64,000 nucleotides of DNA from Diadema antillarum (Eukaryota). The stretch is taken from contig NW_027271696.1 of the NCBI RefSeq assembly GCF_040938485.1, positions 1,550,001 through 1,614,000 of the forward strand, in the 5' to 3' direction. The notes under the pieces are model-generated. The model made no database searches, was not told the DNA's origin, and saw nothing but the letters and a program-made list of their open reading frames with translations. Shown one piece after another: positions 1-13,585 of the stretch. Numbering within the stretch: the first letter of the stretch is position 1; each line of letters starts with the position of its first letter. A program made the position numbers and the translations under genes.

Positions 1-286
1 ATTCCCTATGTAGAAAGCCAATCACAGCATCAGATTGTCTCATTCCTGCTAAACGTCATGATGATGTCATGCATACATTATGGCCGTCCCACCACATTTT
101 CTGCATGTATCAGTGTGCGCGCGCACACACACTTACACGTACAACATGCAGTGCTAGCTGGAGTGCACTGACTAGTGTACAAGACTGTTTTTCCCTGTAT
201 CTCAAATTTTGGTGAAAATGACATTTTTAGATTAATGGTTAGATAATTGGTTAAGTGATGTCCTGTCCAAATCCTTACTGTCTTAC

Positions 287-442
287 CCCCCAAAAGAAGC
301 CACCATGGCATGTCAAAGGAAAGGCTATCCCATTCGTTATACTGCTTTGGCCGCCATGTTTTTGGCTCTCCTGAACATTTGACATTTTGTAGATACGAGG
401 TCTTGTTGCCCCAGTGACGATATGTTTTCTTTTTAGAACTAA
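287..442 (-). CDS. Candidate further CLINT1 exon (156 nt, symmetric)
   Basis: CTTCTTTTTATTCAG acceptor and GGG|GTAAGA donor with open phase-0 frame LVLKRKH...GGFFWG; no recognisable homology. Confidence 0.3.
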
Positions 443-662
443 CTGAATAAAAAGAAGGTACATGTAGAATTGAATCCTCTTTTGGAAACTAGACATGCAA
501 TATGATGGAATGAAATAAAATTGATTTCATGTCAATTTATGCTATTTGTAATTATGGCTCAAGGACAGTAAGTAGACATAATAGTACTAGGAAAGCATAG
601 CGAGTCTTGAAACATGAAGGGGAAAGGGGGAGGGATTAATGACAAAACAAGAACATGAAATA

Positions 663-1582
663 GAGCGTGTTTCTACTGAGAGCACCTCACATCCCTGGCA
701 TCGCCACGAATTTTGTCCAACGCAGCACCTCGTATTTTACGACCAGTCGAGCTGTTTCTACTGAGCGATAAAATACGAGGTGATGCAAAGGTGACGTGCA
801 AATGCGGCGATTCCGGAAGTCAGGTATTTTTTTTTTAAGTCACAGATTTGGGTCACGCGCGCACTGCCTGTTAATACGTCGGCTATTTTTTGATAAGCCA
901 TTTCTCTTCGTCTTCCCATCCAATATACCCCGAACTAACATACTGGTATCCTGCCACTGACTGATGAGAAATCTTCGGAGATCGAGGGTCCAGTTGAGAT
1001 TTTCTCAAGGCTGCGACATACTAATGTGGTACTCTCGCGATTCGAGACAATATAAAATGAAATAACGCGGTGTAAAATCAAGTAAGTGATGAGCGCTTAG
1101 TAATGCAATAAGTTAGGCTGTTAATCACGCGAACAATAGATGATGAATGCCACAATTCACATGTAACGTAACATATAGGGCCTATAACACATACATAAGC
1201 GAATTGGTACAAACAAAGAATGATGCGAACACGGTCGCTGTGTGTACACACGTATTTTGTACACATGTGTCGAAGGAGTGTGTGCGATGAACCGATTGAA
1301 AAGCGTGGGGAGAAATTTTAGACGTCCGATACACCACGAATTTCGCTACCCAGTGTGTTTCTACTGAGAATCGTCCGTCGCGTCACCACGCATCGACCAC
1401 CTCAATAGATGGACGACGGAGCACCTCGCATCAGCCGGCATCGGCCACTACCCGATCTGTTTCTACTGAGGAAAAATTCGAGGTGTCACCACGCATCGGC
1501 TGGTATCGGCCGGCATCGGCCGGTATCACCACACATCGGCTGGCATCACCTCGAATTTTCGTCGCTCAGTAGAAACACGCTC
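663..1582. mobile_element. Harbinger-like non-autonomous element
   Basis: 18-bp TIR GAGCGTGTTTCTACTGAG / CTCAGTAGAAACACGCTC with 3-bp duplication ATA; no transposase. Confidence 0.75.
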
Positions 1583-1874
1583 ATACTCGTTACCCAAACG
1601 GGAAAGAAGGTACAATGTACACTGGTGCCGAATGCAACACCAAGTTGATGAACATGATACTAAGAAATTACTAGGCTGCATGAGTTCTAGATATAAGAAT
1701 GATTTCCCAGAGCACAAGTCCTTGTGTATGTGCTTAGTTGTATCAGGATAAATGGGATATGAGGCCTGTCATAAACAACAAAATGTTGTTTTTTATTTCG
1801 CCCATGCCACCACCACTACAGTCAACATGACAGACAAATATCAATACTGGTAATTATAGACTAGCAGCAGGCTA

Positions 1875-1929
1875 CACATTTGGGAAGGCAATCCACATTT
1901 GGGAAGGCAATCCACATTTGGGAAGGCAA
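1875..1929. repeat. 19-bp minisatellite, about 3 copies (CACATTTGGGAAGGCAATC)
   Basis: Directly visible tandem copies. Confidence 0.9.
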
Positions 1930-2846
1930 AAAGGAAGTACACTGCAGAAATTTATGCATGAATGCAAAAATCAACAATGTCAAATTCTACACCTAGTCAT
2001 GCAAAGCCCAAAGAGCCCACTATTTTGTATTTCCAGATGGCCCCAGTGGATATACACTTGCATGGATTACTGAAAGGCTCTCAGATGTCTTCTCAAGTAA
2101 AGAGGGACTACTCATTTTATTTTTTGTGTAAAAAAAAAAAAGTATGTCAATATTACGCAAGATTAACATGTGCATGTACAGTATGTAATACGCTCTTGTA
2201 AAAGTGCAATTTCAACATAGTATACATCTATCTCAATAGGATATCAAGTGAATTTAATCACAAGTCACAGGGGGTCAATTACAGGTTAATGAATACTTGC
2301 CCTTCAACATATCTTTAGAGCATTGTGCATTAATCCAAAAAAAAAAAACCCAAACAACAAACGATCAAGGAGTGGCAATATTGGTCTACTGATTCAACAC
2401 ATGTCCTCTCGACAATATAACCCCCAAAACAGACATTTCAAGATACCAAACCATTGTTGAGTAAAGTATGTCTACAGAGGTGCGCAAAGGGGACAATGGT
2501 TGTTAGTTGACACCAATATATATGAGGGTGGTGATTTAATAATGCAAAAAAATATAATACAAAATAAAGGACAATACCATGATTTTCTTTTTTCTAGATA
2601 ATTTTTTACTGAAATACCAGGTATATTACTATTATTCATGTAAGTGCATTGATTACGGGATGCCATTAATAACCACACTACCAAAAGATATATGACCGAT
2701 AAATATAAATGAATATATTTCCACAATTTAATGCCATAATTTCGAGCAAATATATCAGAGGTATAATTTAGAGAAGGCAAGTGGCAGGCACAGAGATTTC
2801 CCAAAGCCAGGTAAGAGTCCATTCCAAAAGTAATCTCAAGTCTTAC

Positions 2847-2975
2847 CACTGCATAATACATGTACTGAGCTTGTTGCTCAGCAGGCAAGCCACTCATGTA
2901 AGATTGCTGGGGATCTTGCTGAAGTGGTGGCTGAATTACCTGTTGTGGTATTTGTGGCTGGTCTAACTCAAGTGA
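2847..2975 (-). CDS. CLINT1: Probable CLINT1 exon 9 (Gln/Pro-rich, 129 nt, symmetric)
   Basis: TTTGTTTGCCAG acceptor, SLELDQPQIPQQVIQPPLQQDPQQSYMSGLPAEQQAQYMYYAV, GTAAGA donor; phase 0 to 0. Confidence 0.65.
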
Positions 2976-3992
2976 CTGGCAAACAAACAAAAAAAGCAAC
3001 ATGAAGGGAAAGGGGCAAAAATGATGAAAAAGAATATCAAACAAACCACACACAAACAAGAAGTGCATATACTGGGTACTTGCTCTAACCAATATATACA
3101 TATGGGACTGAGGCTGTATGAGGAAATAGGCTGCCACATATCAACACACTACAATGTTTTTCAGGTTTCCTGTACTGTCACTATCAGAGAATTGAAGGAA
3201 AAAAAAAACAATAACAAACAATCCAGCTGAACATAAAATAACAATTGGTGTTCATCACAGCAGGAAAAGGATGAGAAGCACAAGGACTCGTAAATCATAT
3301 ATTTTGGTTGGGACAGCGCAACAGACATCCTAATCAATCACCCTGCAGTACAGGGTGTTTCAAAATGATTGAAACCAAGCTGCAGTAAAACATGTGAATG
3401 GTACTCACAGAGAAAAAAAAATTAAAATAAAAAACAAAAACAAAACAAAATTCTGCTCCGTTCTGTGATCTTCCAAATGAGGACTTCATAAAATAAGAGA
3501 TACACTGAATATTTCCCCACCATGGGTCTTTAAAATTTGATCAATAACAATAATTTCATTTCAGCACATTTTAGCAATTATTCGACTGATTTTTCCTAAC
3601 ATTTTTTTTTCTTTGCCACTGCAATGCAGTGATTTGGATATACAATGTATGCCATTATGTGGACTCAAGGTCATATTGTCATGTCATGTCTTATAAAAGC
3701 ACTCTTTCCGCTTTGTTTATTCCACAATCCCTTTCACTCATCATCCTGGTTCCTAAATATTTCCTAAAATAAGACCACTGAACTCATCCATTTTCCATAA
3801 GTCAAAATTTCATAAAAATGTATTTTTCTTCAGCAAAGTGCCATGTTCATCGCTCTGCAAAACTGCACACTCCCTGTCCTTCAGTGCAAATAGCAGGCTC
3901 ACAACACTTCATTTGAATGCTTGTATAGCACTGGTCAATGCAAGTGTGACTAAGTTTGGAAATATCAATATCATACGAAAATGATTTGATTA

Positions 3993-4199
3993 CTGTAAAA
4001 CGAGAAATTTTCGCGTGCATTTTAATTTCGCGAATTTCGCGAGCGCCAAAATTCGCGAAATTAAAATGCACGCGAAAGTTTTTGTCTACACTACATGCAT
4101 TGAACACCAGTGGCAATTCGCGAAAATTTCATGCCACGAAAAGGGCTGTCAGCTCCAATTCGCGAAAATTTCATGCCGCGAATATATCATGTTTTACAG
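3993..4199. mobile_element. Tc1/mariner-type MITE (CTGTAAAAC...GTTTTACAG)
   Basis: TA flanks, short TIR, internal TTCGCGAA repeats; similar elements at 38191-38384 and 39912-40157. Confidence 0.75.
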
Positions 4200-6367
4200 T
4201 AAGTTTTGAACAATTCCCAAAATAAACATGAATTTTTATGTAGCGAGCAGTCCAAAGGGAGCTACGTCAGTAGTGCACGGTGTCCACAATAACAATAAAT
4301 ACACAAGGTTTTGAAATCTACTTGTTTCTAAAGCCAAGAAGTTTGTTTCTCTTCTCAAGGTGCATTTAGTCATCGGTATTGAGTAATCAATTTTCTAGAA
4401 ATCTCTTTTGTTTAACTTTGAAGATAATTTCTGAGTCTGTCACATCAATGAGACATATTTCATTTCACTCTTTCACATCTTACTGTTAATGACACTCGAC
4501 ATGTCAAGTCACCAGGGTACAAATGTACCTGTACAGTAGGACCGTTTCCCCTCGCTTTCCTTCAACTCATTAGTTAGCACCCACAAATGAAATGCGCCAT
4601 GTCAGATATAAACTTAGGTGCATGACATTCACAGAAAAGACAATTCATGTTTGACGTCATTGCTCGAAACCTGGTTTCTATCAAATTGAACCATCCTGCA
4701 AACAGATATAATTTATGTAGAACAAGGGGGAACCAAATGTCTGTTGCCCTGCCCTGCCATACTGCCTGCTTCCACAACAGTCACAACGCCAAACAAAACC
4801 ATGCAACTTCTCCATGCCTGCATGTACACCTCAGCACGTAGCCTTTTGAATTCCATCCAAATAATAAAGATAAGGTACACTAGAGAAGGTCAACACGAGG
4901 GGTTACAAAGATCAGTTTACTTTGAGGATAGGCACAAAGCTGATAACATTCAAAGCATAGCTTACTTTGTACAAAACCGAATAAATTGCATCTCATCCCC
5001 TTGGCTTGGCTTGACACATGACCAAATGTACTGGCCTACAGTGGTATGCTTGTGTCAACTTTAATTAAACTCTGTCTAAACGATGACTCAAGAGTGTCGA
5101 AGGCAGCTTGCATACTTCCCCTACATTATACTTCCTTCTTTCTTCCTAGTCTACTGAAACCAGATAATCTTAATTGAGTCATTACAAGAAAAACAAGTCA
5201 TTTACAAAAGATCACATTTGTCAGAAGAAAAACCCTACAAAACAAGATTTAAATCAGCCTTGAGATTAGAAAGAAACACTACAATAATGAACATGTACAG
5301 AAATTTCAAATATTGGTAAACTCTATTACAATATATATTCTCAATGTTCCACAACATACACTTTTTCAACTAAGGCTCAGGCAGAATTAGAGGCAATGAT
5401 TAAAGAAGAGAAGGTTCCTTGGTTTAACTCACATAATATTTCCTAATAATCCATGAGACTTTGTGACAGGCAGGGATTAGTTAAATATCTACATGCATTT
5501 TTGTTTGCCCGACAGTGATATACTGTGAATATTTTGTTTGTTTTGTTTGTTTTTTCACCCCGTACTATAAATACCATCCCCTAGTTTCAAAGTTTGGTCG
5601 ACAGCAAGAGTACAAGGGCAATTTATACAGTTTTATTATTGCATTGCGCCTACAAAACGAGAACCTTACTCATCACATACCATCTGGTTGGAGTATGGAC
5701 GGAATGTAAGACAAAGCTGCATACCAGTTTTATAGAAGCATGTATTAGAAACAGGGTGTGTAAAGAGCAGAGAAGAGAACATACACTTCAATCTCAATGA
5801 GGTGCCATTAAGCAACATTGACATCTTAAATCCTATAACACAACTGCAAAACCTTCCATTGTACCTATTATGCTAGAGGGAAGAAATCTCCACTAGCGAG
5901 ATCAATGAAGACACTTCAGAACTTACAGTATATACAAATTACATGTTCATTTGCCTGACTACAAAGTATTATTTTTGTACTGAGGAGACTTAAATGTATC
6001 ATTCCACACCAGTGTTGCTGTAAAATAAACATACAAGGACTTTCTTCATTCAAAAGAAATTAAATGGGAATTTTAAGAACCAAAACATCAACTTTTTACA
6101 GTACTTTCTTGTGCCTGCCCCTGTATCACATCTCAGCAATCCTCATCAATCCAGGACCAACATTTTTTTTTTCAATTATGGTCACTGTTTGCTTCCAGCA
6201 ACCAGGGAAAGATTATATAATTTTTTTTTTTTTTTTTCTGATCTATTCGACACTTGAAATTATTCTTTTAAACTAGAATAAGAAAATTTTGCAAAAGCAT
6301 TCCAGAAAATTAAGTGTTTGAGGAATATAAGACACACAAATATCAATGTCTAATCATAATAGAAGTA

Positions 6368-6881
6368 CAGTGCACTCCCGTTATAACGAAATGCTCGGGA
6401 CCGGCAGTTTTCTTTCGTTATAACGAAATTTCGTTATAACCGAACAAATACAATATAACGAAAACAAGGAACCACGTATATTACGTTTGCTGAATACACT
6501 GCAAAGCTATGTGAAATGTGATGGGATAACTGTATTACAATAATAAACGCAAATTCCTCTCAGAAACTGTGTGTGACACAAGGAGCGAACACACAGTGGT
6601 GTGAAGCGTTCACCCATGCAGAGACGCTGTAAATGCTTGTTCCGCTACGTATTTTCGAAAGCAATTCGCATTTCGTTATAACGGATCACAATTCTTTTGT
6701 TTTTCTTTGTCTGTGGCGCTCGGAAAAGACTTCGTTATAACGGAAATTTCGCTATAACCGTGTTCGTTATAAGCGAATTTTGTACCATAGGCTTTAATGG
6801 TGATAATTTTGGGACCAGAAGATTTACTTCGTTATAACGAAATTTCGTTATAACCGTGTTCGTTGTAACGGGAGTGCACTG
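6368..6881. mobile_element. Tc1/mariner-type MITE, CAGTGCACTCCCGTTATAACG family
   Basis: TA|CAGTGCACTCCCGTTA...TAACGGGAGTGCACTG|TA with many internal TTCGTTATAAC repeats. Confidence 0.85.
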
Positions 6882-7544
6882 TATAAAAAAAAACAAGAAA
6901 AAGAAAAAAAGACTCCTATAAATCCTGACTTCAAAAGACAACAACGCTTACTGGGAATTTTGTTTTTTGTCTTTTCTAATCGCAGATACACCTACACCCT
7001 GTAAGCACCCAAAGTGCTGATTGAATACAGCTTTGCAGCATTCATAAAGTCCCCTGACAGGACCACTGTGACTGTGTGTAAACAAGTTATATGCATGGTC
7101 TGTGTTCATAATGGCCCTGCCTCTTCCCACGTGGGCTAATAATACATGGAGTCACAGAGTTCAAGGTGATTACATGTAGGCAGCTCATTGTTGTGGCCTG
7201 CTTGACAAGAGCTCCTATGTGTTACAAATGTACTTAGTTTTGCTACATTGAGGCAAATGGGTTCAGAGAAGTTCAATGGGTCTACACAAATAATAGCATC
7301 AATCTGAGGAAGAGAATTCAGAGCATTATTTCAGACAAGAAAGAGTTTTCACATCAACATTGCAACGATTACTCTACTGTTATACACAGAGCAAAGAGAG
7401 ATCAAGCGGTGTTTGTGCCACAACATGAAACGGTACATATTTGGTACATGTGGAAGGAAGTACAGGTCAAAAAAAAAAAAAAAAAAAAGTGAAAAGGAAG
7501 TACAGGTCAAAAGGTGAAAAGGAAATGAGCTGAGGGTGGCTAAC

Positions 7545-7764
7545 CTGTTGGGGCTGTAACATGCCCATGCTGGTCATCTGCGGCTGCATGGTGGGCTGCG
7601 GTTGAATGATGGGTTGCGGCTGTATGAGTCCCTGGCCGCCTGAAGGCTGGAGGGGTGCATCCATGCTCAGCAGCTGCAGGTTGCTTTGTAATGTTGTGCT
7701 GCTCTGCATTTGCTGTGTCTGCGACACCGATACACTCTTGAATTCACCGAACGATTTGTCTGTG
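7545..7764 (-). CDS. CLINT1: CLINT1 exon 8 (Gln/Pro/Met-rich)
   Basis: Strong acceptor CCCTTTCCCCGACCTACAG, then TDKSFGEFKS...MQPQMTSMGMLQPQQ, GTTAGC donor; phase 2 to 0. Confidence 0.8.
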
Positions 7765-8261
7765 CTGTAGGTCGGGGAAAGGGCATGCAAAACTTTGGGA
7801 TACTGGTAAAGACTCTCATGTTTTCTGATTCTGGATAGTGATGTCGCCATGGCGGACATTTTCAAGGTGTACCCGCTTCTCAGTTGCACGTTGAGTCTGT
7901 TTGGAATCTGTAGATATTCTGGGGCCTATACAACTACATACACATCAAAACCAGAGAATTACTACTACTGAGTCATTTCAAATCAACATTATATCATTAT
8001 TTAGACCACAAATTAACCTACAGTCCACATATCTTTACAATGCAATATCCTCAAGGCAATACATGTATATATCCCTGCATCCATCGTTACAAACAAGATC
8101 ATGTTTTGTACTGTTATGTCATTTTGATCTTCTCAACACTTTCAAGGAAAATTATTACACTTATTCCCACCTAAACTGCTAATGCATAATCCCACAAATA
8201 GTTTAAATATAAAAGTGAAATGGACGCATGCTTCACCATAGAAATATGTAATAATGGTTAC

Positions 8262-8533
8262 CTAGAGCCTGGTGCAGGAGTACTCTGGAAACTTGAGAAA
8301 TCTGCGAAGTCGCCATTTGGGGAGGTAGTAGACTGTGACGCGCTGGCCAGGACATTCCCTGAACTTGTGTCTGCCCTTGGATTGAAGTCGCCAAAACTGT
8401 CATTGGCTGCAGCAGACGAGAAGTCTGCAAACAGGTCTACAGACTGTGACGGTGGGGCTGCTGTATTTGTGATTGGTGCCACTGATGCCGCGATGCCAGA
8501 ATCGAAGAGTTCCGACACTAAATCATTGGAATT
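8262..8533 (-). CDS. CLINT1: CLINT1 exon 7 (DLF/DF motif region)
   Basis: NSNDLVSELFD...VDLFADFSS...FGDFNPR...GDFADFSSFQS: clathrin/AP-1 binding-type DLF and DF motifs; 272 nt, phase 0 to 2. Confidence 0.88.
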
Positions 8534-9003
8534 CTGATCAGCAAACACGAGTAAGAAGGGAAATTAGCACAACGTTTATGCATTTTAAGGAGCATTCTGT
8601 TGCATTATATCAAACATTAAGTTTCTTAAGTACCAGTATATGAAGTACTTATCAAAAGAAAAATGTTTGCCCTTATTATTCGTCAATTTCCTTTCTGTTC
8701 TCAGGGGCATTTCACAGAGACTAATGGAATATAATTCATCAATGAATCATGAGTTACATGGTATTCGAATTAAAAGCAGCTCTTCGTCTGTGCACAATAC
8801 TAGAGTTCCTGTTACATAATGAGCATCCTTCAAGAATGCATCATGAAAGTCAAAGAGTTTATGCGAACATCACCACAGTTAAACTGAAACTATCAAGTAC
8901 TCGTATATAAACATCAATATCAGACGCCACCATGATTTTTACTGCATCTTTAAAGAGATGACATCACAAATAGCAAGACTTCTAAATCAGCTTGGGTGCA
9001 TAC

Positions 9004-9223
9004 TTGTGATGCAGGACCGGAGTCTTCCTTGGCTTCGGCTGCGTACGCTGCTGCTGCTCCCAAATCTACTCGCTTGCCCGACCGCTTTTTGGTGGTTTTC
9101 GTTCTCCTCTCTGTCGTCGTTGTTGAGGTTATCCGCTCCTCCTTTTCCTCTTCGTCTCGGAACTCAAATCTGGAATTCTTGTTTTGTGATGACGGTTTGG
9201 CATCTTCATCTGATTCATCATCT
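9004..9223 (-). CDS. CLINT1: CLINT1 exon 6
   Basis: DDESDEDAKPSSQNKNSRFEFRDEEE...KRVDLGAAAAYAAEAKEDSGPASQ; the DLGAAA.Y motif is typical of epsinR; phases fit both neighbours. Confidence 0.88.
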
Positions 9224-10676
9224 CTGAAAGAAAAAAACAACAATCAACGACAATGCAATGATAAAAACAACAACAACAACAACAACAAAAATCAACAACA
9301 AAAATACAAAACTCTGAATGTGATTTGGCATGTCATAACCTACGGTATCGTTACAACGCAGGATACGGCATTGCGTAAACGCCATCTCGTGTTCTAGGTA
9401 AGACATAGTTCTCAAAATGGCTCAAAATTTATCATCCACCACTTGGAGTTTGCTTTTATTAAAGGGTTTACTAAGAAACCTGTCTTGCTCAACAGCCCCC
9501 AGCAGAATTGGCGAGGATCAATGAACTGTTCTGGAGTATTTTGAGATCAAAAGTGTTCAAAATGATTTAGATTGTAGTGCACGATTTTGTTCCTGAAAAG
9601 CCCTCCCCATTCAGTAGAGGGAAAGTAGAATGTGATGTGATAATCGACCCTGCCCGAGCAATTGCATTTCCCAACAAGCTGCATGTGATTCACTCTAGCG
9701 CGAAAGATCGATGAATACTGTCATGGCCTGATTTGTAGATTATTAATAATAAAACATGTACAAAATGTAGCAATCACAATCAGATATGTTCTCACCTTGC
9801 AATACAGTTGGCGTACCATTCTGGCTAATATTTTGCATTTTCATCGTTACCCAACTAAAATTGTGTTATCACAGCATTATATGACACATTTCTTATGTAT
9901 ACATGTTCATTTTAGAACAAAAAACAACAATTTCTGCAAGTGTATGGAAACTATGTTTTACCTGTAAAATAAGATGTACAGTTACATATTGCTATCATGG
10001 CGGCCAAATTTTAGCACTGGACACATACCTCTATATCATTCCACAGTCTTCTCATATTTGAGCAGTAGATATGTTTGTCAATCTTTTCCAAACAGTAAGG
10101 TGTAAAGTCTACTTCTGTGGTAACCAAATCTGTGTACATTCCCTTCTTATCATCAGAAGAGGTCACCCACAAGCAAGCTTAGAATAATTCATAACACTAT
10201 AAACTATTTGAACAGGTATATTGCACATTATAGAATATCAAAGTATCCTCGGACTGGTTGTGGGAGAAACCTAAGATTTATGAACACCAGTCTTTCAACC
10301 TTTGGTGTGGGGCATTTATTTCCTGTTGTATTCCTAAGAATTACAAAGTGGCATCACAAGTGGAAATATATCCTAAAATCAAGTCGAGGACATAGACATT
10401 CAATCAGTCAATCACAACTGCTAAATGTAACCTTTCTGGGTAAAATATCAATTCATATGCAGCACACAATCTTGCAGACTTTTGATACATTTCATTACTT
10501 GTCAAAACATGAACAATGATAAATACCTCTTTTTTTCTCAAGAAAAAAAAAAGGTGGGAAGTCCTCCTAGTAATTATGTTACCGACAATCTTAAATAACT
10601 CAATGAAGTAATCAGTTTGATCACACAAAAAACACTCATCTCGTTTGCTTAGATCCAAACAGTTCATTGAACTTAC

Positions 10677-10824
10677 ACATACTCAGATGGAGACTCATCT
10701 GATTCATCACCCTTCCGACTGGTCTTGTCACCAGCGGATTTCCGATTCCACTCTTCATCTAGTTCGTTGTCATTGTCCCTGTTACGGAGCCAGCTGGACT
10801 TTGGTTGTCGGTCGTACCTGTCAC
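10677..10824 (-). CDS. CLINT1: CLINT1 exon 5
   Basis: DRYDRQPKSSWLRNRDNDNELDEEWNRKSAGDKTSRKGDESDESPSE; TTACAG acceptor; two in-phase donors (exon end 10683 with GTATGT or 10677 with GTAAGT). Confidence 0.85.
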
Positions 10825-11426
10825 CTGTAAATGATCCAGGACAAATGGTACTCAAAACATTGACAATAACCCCCCAAAAAAAATCTCACTCAAATGAACA
10901 GAATCTGTAATTAGGAAAGAGGAATCTCCCTTTTACCTCAAGCACTTTGTTCACTTTCTCTGAACTAGAGATGGTACATGACTACTACACAGCTGTGCTA
11001 CATCCACTTTCAACAGCTCTCACCCCGCTGCAGAGCTATAAAAACTAAATGCAAGCACAGGTTACTACATGTCTTCGTGAGAACATGTGAAACTTTGCTA
11101 AAGTTCCATAATTCATCTTAGGTTTGACTCTACAAAACCAGTACCAGTCGATTAATTTGATTTTACTCGCTTCATGTGTTGAAGCCAACTTGGACCATGT
11201 GTAGATTTTGACTTTAAAAGTCATGACAGAAATTTCTCATTACCTTGCAAACACAAGCAGCTTTTGATGCTAAAAAAAAGAAGAAAGAAATTGCAAACAT
11301 GTATCACCATCCCCATAAACAGGATGAAAAACTTGCCTTTCAAGTGGACAAATTGACTGCCAAAGCCCTATAAAAGTGAGCTTACATAGAGAACAGAGAG
11401 AGATAGGTAAAGTTATGTTTACTTAC

Positions 11427-11558
11427 TGTATCCCCCACCCTCTGTAGAGCCCTCGTAGCCAGTGTACTTGTCCTTGGCTTTCCTGGCCTGTTTCCTCTTG
11501 GCACGGAGGGCCTCGTCATCCTGAATGAGCTTGATGATATCCTTGACCTTTTGCCTCA
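11427..11558 (-). CDS. CLINT1: CLINT1 exon 4 (end of ENTH)
   Basis: VRQKVKDIIKLIQDDEALRAKRKQARKAKDKYTGYEGSTEGGGYS; CCACAG acceptor, GTAAGT donor, 132 nt. Confidence 0.94.
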
Positions 11559-11621
11559 CTGTGGAAGATGCAGTGAAAGCAATGAGATACAAAATTTGGT
11601 CCTTGAAATACATACATACAT

Positions 11622-11666
<45 letters not shown>

Positions 11667-11670
11667 TACA
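11622..11670. repeat. (CA)n microsatellite; another at about 11902-11933
   Basis: Directly visible. Confidence 0.9.
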
Positions 11671-11898
11671 CAAATACACCTGCAACAGGATGAATAAGAC
11701 TTACTCAAAAAAAAAAAAATGGCTTAGTTGGCTCTTCATTCCAAGCAAGACGTGATTCCCATGAAAGTGATGAAGTAAATGCATTCACACAACAACAAAA
11801 AGGTGAAGTTTGCAGAATGACCACCAGTTTGTACACACACTTTTCAATATGATGTCAACAGTACAATTCAAGATGTTTATATGTACTTGCTGGAAAAA

Positions 11899-11935
<37 letters not shown>

Positions 11936-12488
11936 CCAAAGCCCACCCCTTGTTCACACTAGCAATTCATCACATGGCATCATTAAATCACACAACAGAA
12001 GATGATTTAATCTAGCATTTGGCTGGTTCAAACCCTGCGCATGAAGTTCTGAGGTATACATAATATTTAGAATGACTCTTGCGTGTATTGTGCCATTCTC
12101 TTCATCTCTGAAAACCTCCCACATCCAAATTGCCAGCCATGGACATCTAGGGTGCAGATTCACTCTTTAGTGGATCACATGATTACAGACACATTGATAG
12201 GCATTAGTCATGGAATGACACTACAATGACGAAAGAATGTATGTCATGCAGCAGCAGCAAATCAGTATTTCCACAAAAATGATCACAGTTAATGTATTGC
12301 CATGTCCAGTGTAATTATCAGCTGATATTTTACCAATGGTCAAAAAACATTCACAAAGCATACATTAAAATAAATTGCAATACATAAAGTAATACAAATG
12401 AATTTTAACAAGCTGCTACACTGTTTTCTTGTTAAGCATCGTCTTAATTAGGGGGTATGTAAATGATGCAAGGTCTCCATGTCATTAC

Positions 12489-12627
12489 CATTCAGACCTT
12501 GGTCCCTGTTGAACTCATCTAGAAAGGAGTACGACTCCAGTCCTTTCAGATCATACAGGTGCTCTCTCGCGCTTGTGACCACCCTCTCTGAACCATTCAA
12601 AATGAGGTACTGAAGGAGCAGTAACGA
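12489..12627 (-). CDS. CLINT1: CLINT1 exon 3 (ENTH domain)
   Basis: SLLLLQYLILNGSERVVTSAREHLYDLKGLESYSFLDEFNRDQGLN; CTGCAG acceptor, GTAATG donor, 139 nt; not in the ORF track. Confidence 0.95.
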
Positions 12628-13151
12628 CTGCAGGGAAAAAGATTAAGATGTGAAACAGACTATGGTTTAACGTGGCCCTGTTCTGCAGGTAAAGACCAGC
12701 ATTACTACACAGATTCGCTTGCTAGGTAAAAACATAATTAGGTTCCCCTAATGTCCTCTTACAGGGATACCAAACTTGTAAATAGCATTGCTGTAATCTG
12801 AGGGCTGAAAAGGTGCATTTTTGGTGGAAAATCATATTTTTACCTTTTCTGCAATACACATTATACTATGTAGTTAGACAATTTTGTGAAAAACAGTATT
12901 TTCCATGAAACCTACAGTATTTTGGCAAAAGACAGAACAAAATACTGCCCAAAAAAGGAACAGCTGGCAATATCCTCCTAGTAAAAGTTTAACCTGCTTA
13001 GCAAATAGATATTGTATGCTAACATTTTGCTCTGTATAAAAAAAAAAGAAGCAAGATAACTTCACAGATTTTCATGACATAATATTACAATGTCTTGGAT
13101 GATAAGTATATAAGTGCTTGGTAGAACAGATAAGCATACAAAACTAGCCAC

Positions 13152-13585
13152 AAACTAGAAAAGCACTCTTGAGAGCGCAGAACTCCGCCAAGCAGCTAAT
13201 TTCCGATGATCTTGTTCTTCCATAGAGGTCAGTGATTTCCACCCATACGTATGCATGATAAAAATCGCCTGAATTCCCAAAATAGAAGCCTTTTGTTACG
13301 TCATCAACCCTCAGCTGCGTGGCGCGTGCATGAAAAGCTCAAAATGCGCAGCTTGAACCCTCCAAGTTCATTGACCTAACCTGCCAAAATATCGAAAATC
13401 CTTCATAAAATACATAAAAGTTTCCGGATCACTACCAAAATTTAATCATCTGTTCCTTGTGTCATTCTCAATCTTTCCTGCAAGTTTCATCTAAATCCGT
13501 TCCCAACTTTTTGAGTTATTTTGCACACAGACAAACAAACAAACGGCAACGAAAACATAACCTCCTCTTTGGCGGAGGTAACAAA
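13152..13585 (-). mobile_element. Helentron-type non-autonomous element (HINE/DINE-1-like), family 1
   Basis: Minus strand: TTACCTCCGCCAA...GGAGGTTATG head, (GTTT/GTCT)n tract, subterminal inverted TTGGCGGAG, 3' hairpin GCGCTCTCAAGAGTGC, T-rich end. Confidence 0.75.

Noticed and set aside
950-1010. CTGATGAGAAA as minimal hammerhead
   Set aside because: No stem II and no matching stem I/III; lies inside a DNA-transposon MITE
4574-4777. Exon candidate in the long CLINT1 intron
   Set aside because: The phase-0 frame required by the neighbouring exons hits TGA after four codons
7765-7889. 5' extension of ORF 7467-7889 as coding
   Set aside because: A much stronger in-phase acceptor sits at 7765; the upstream part is intronic
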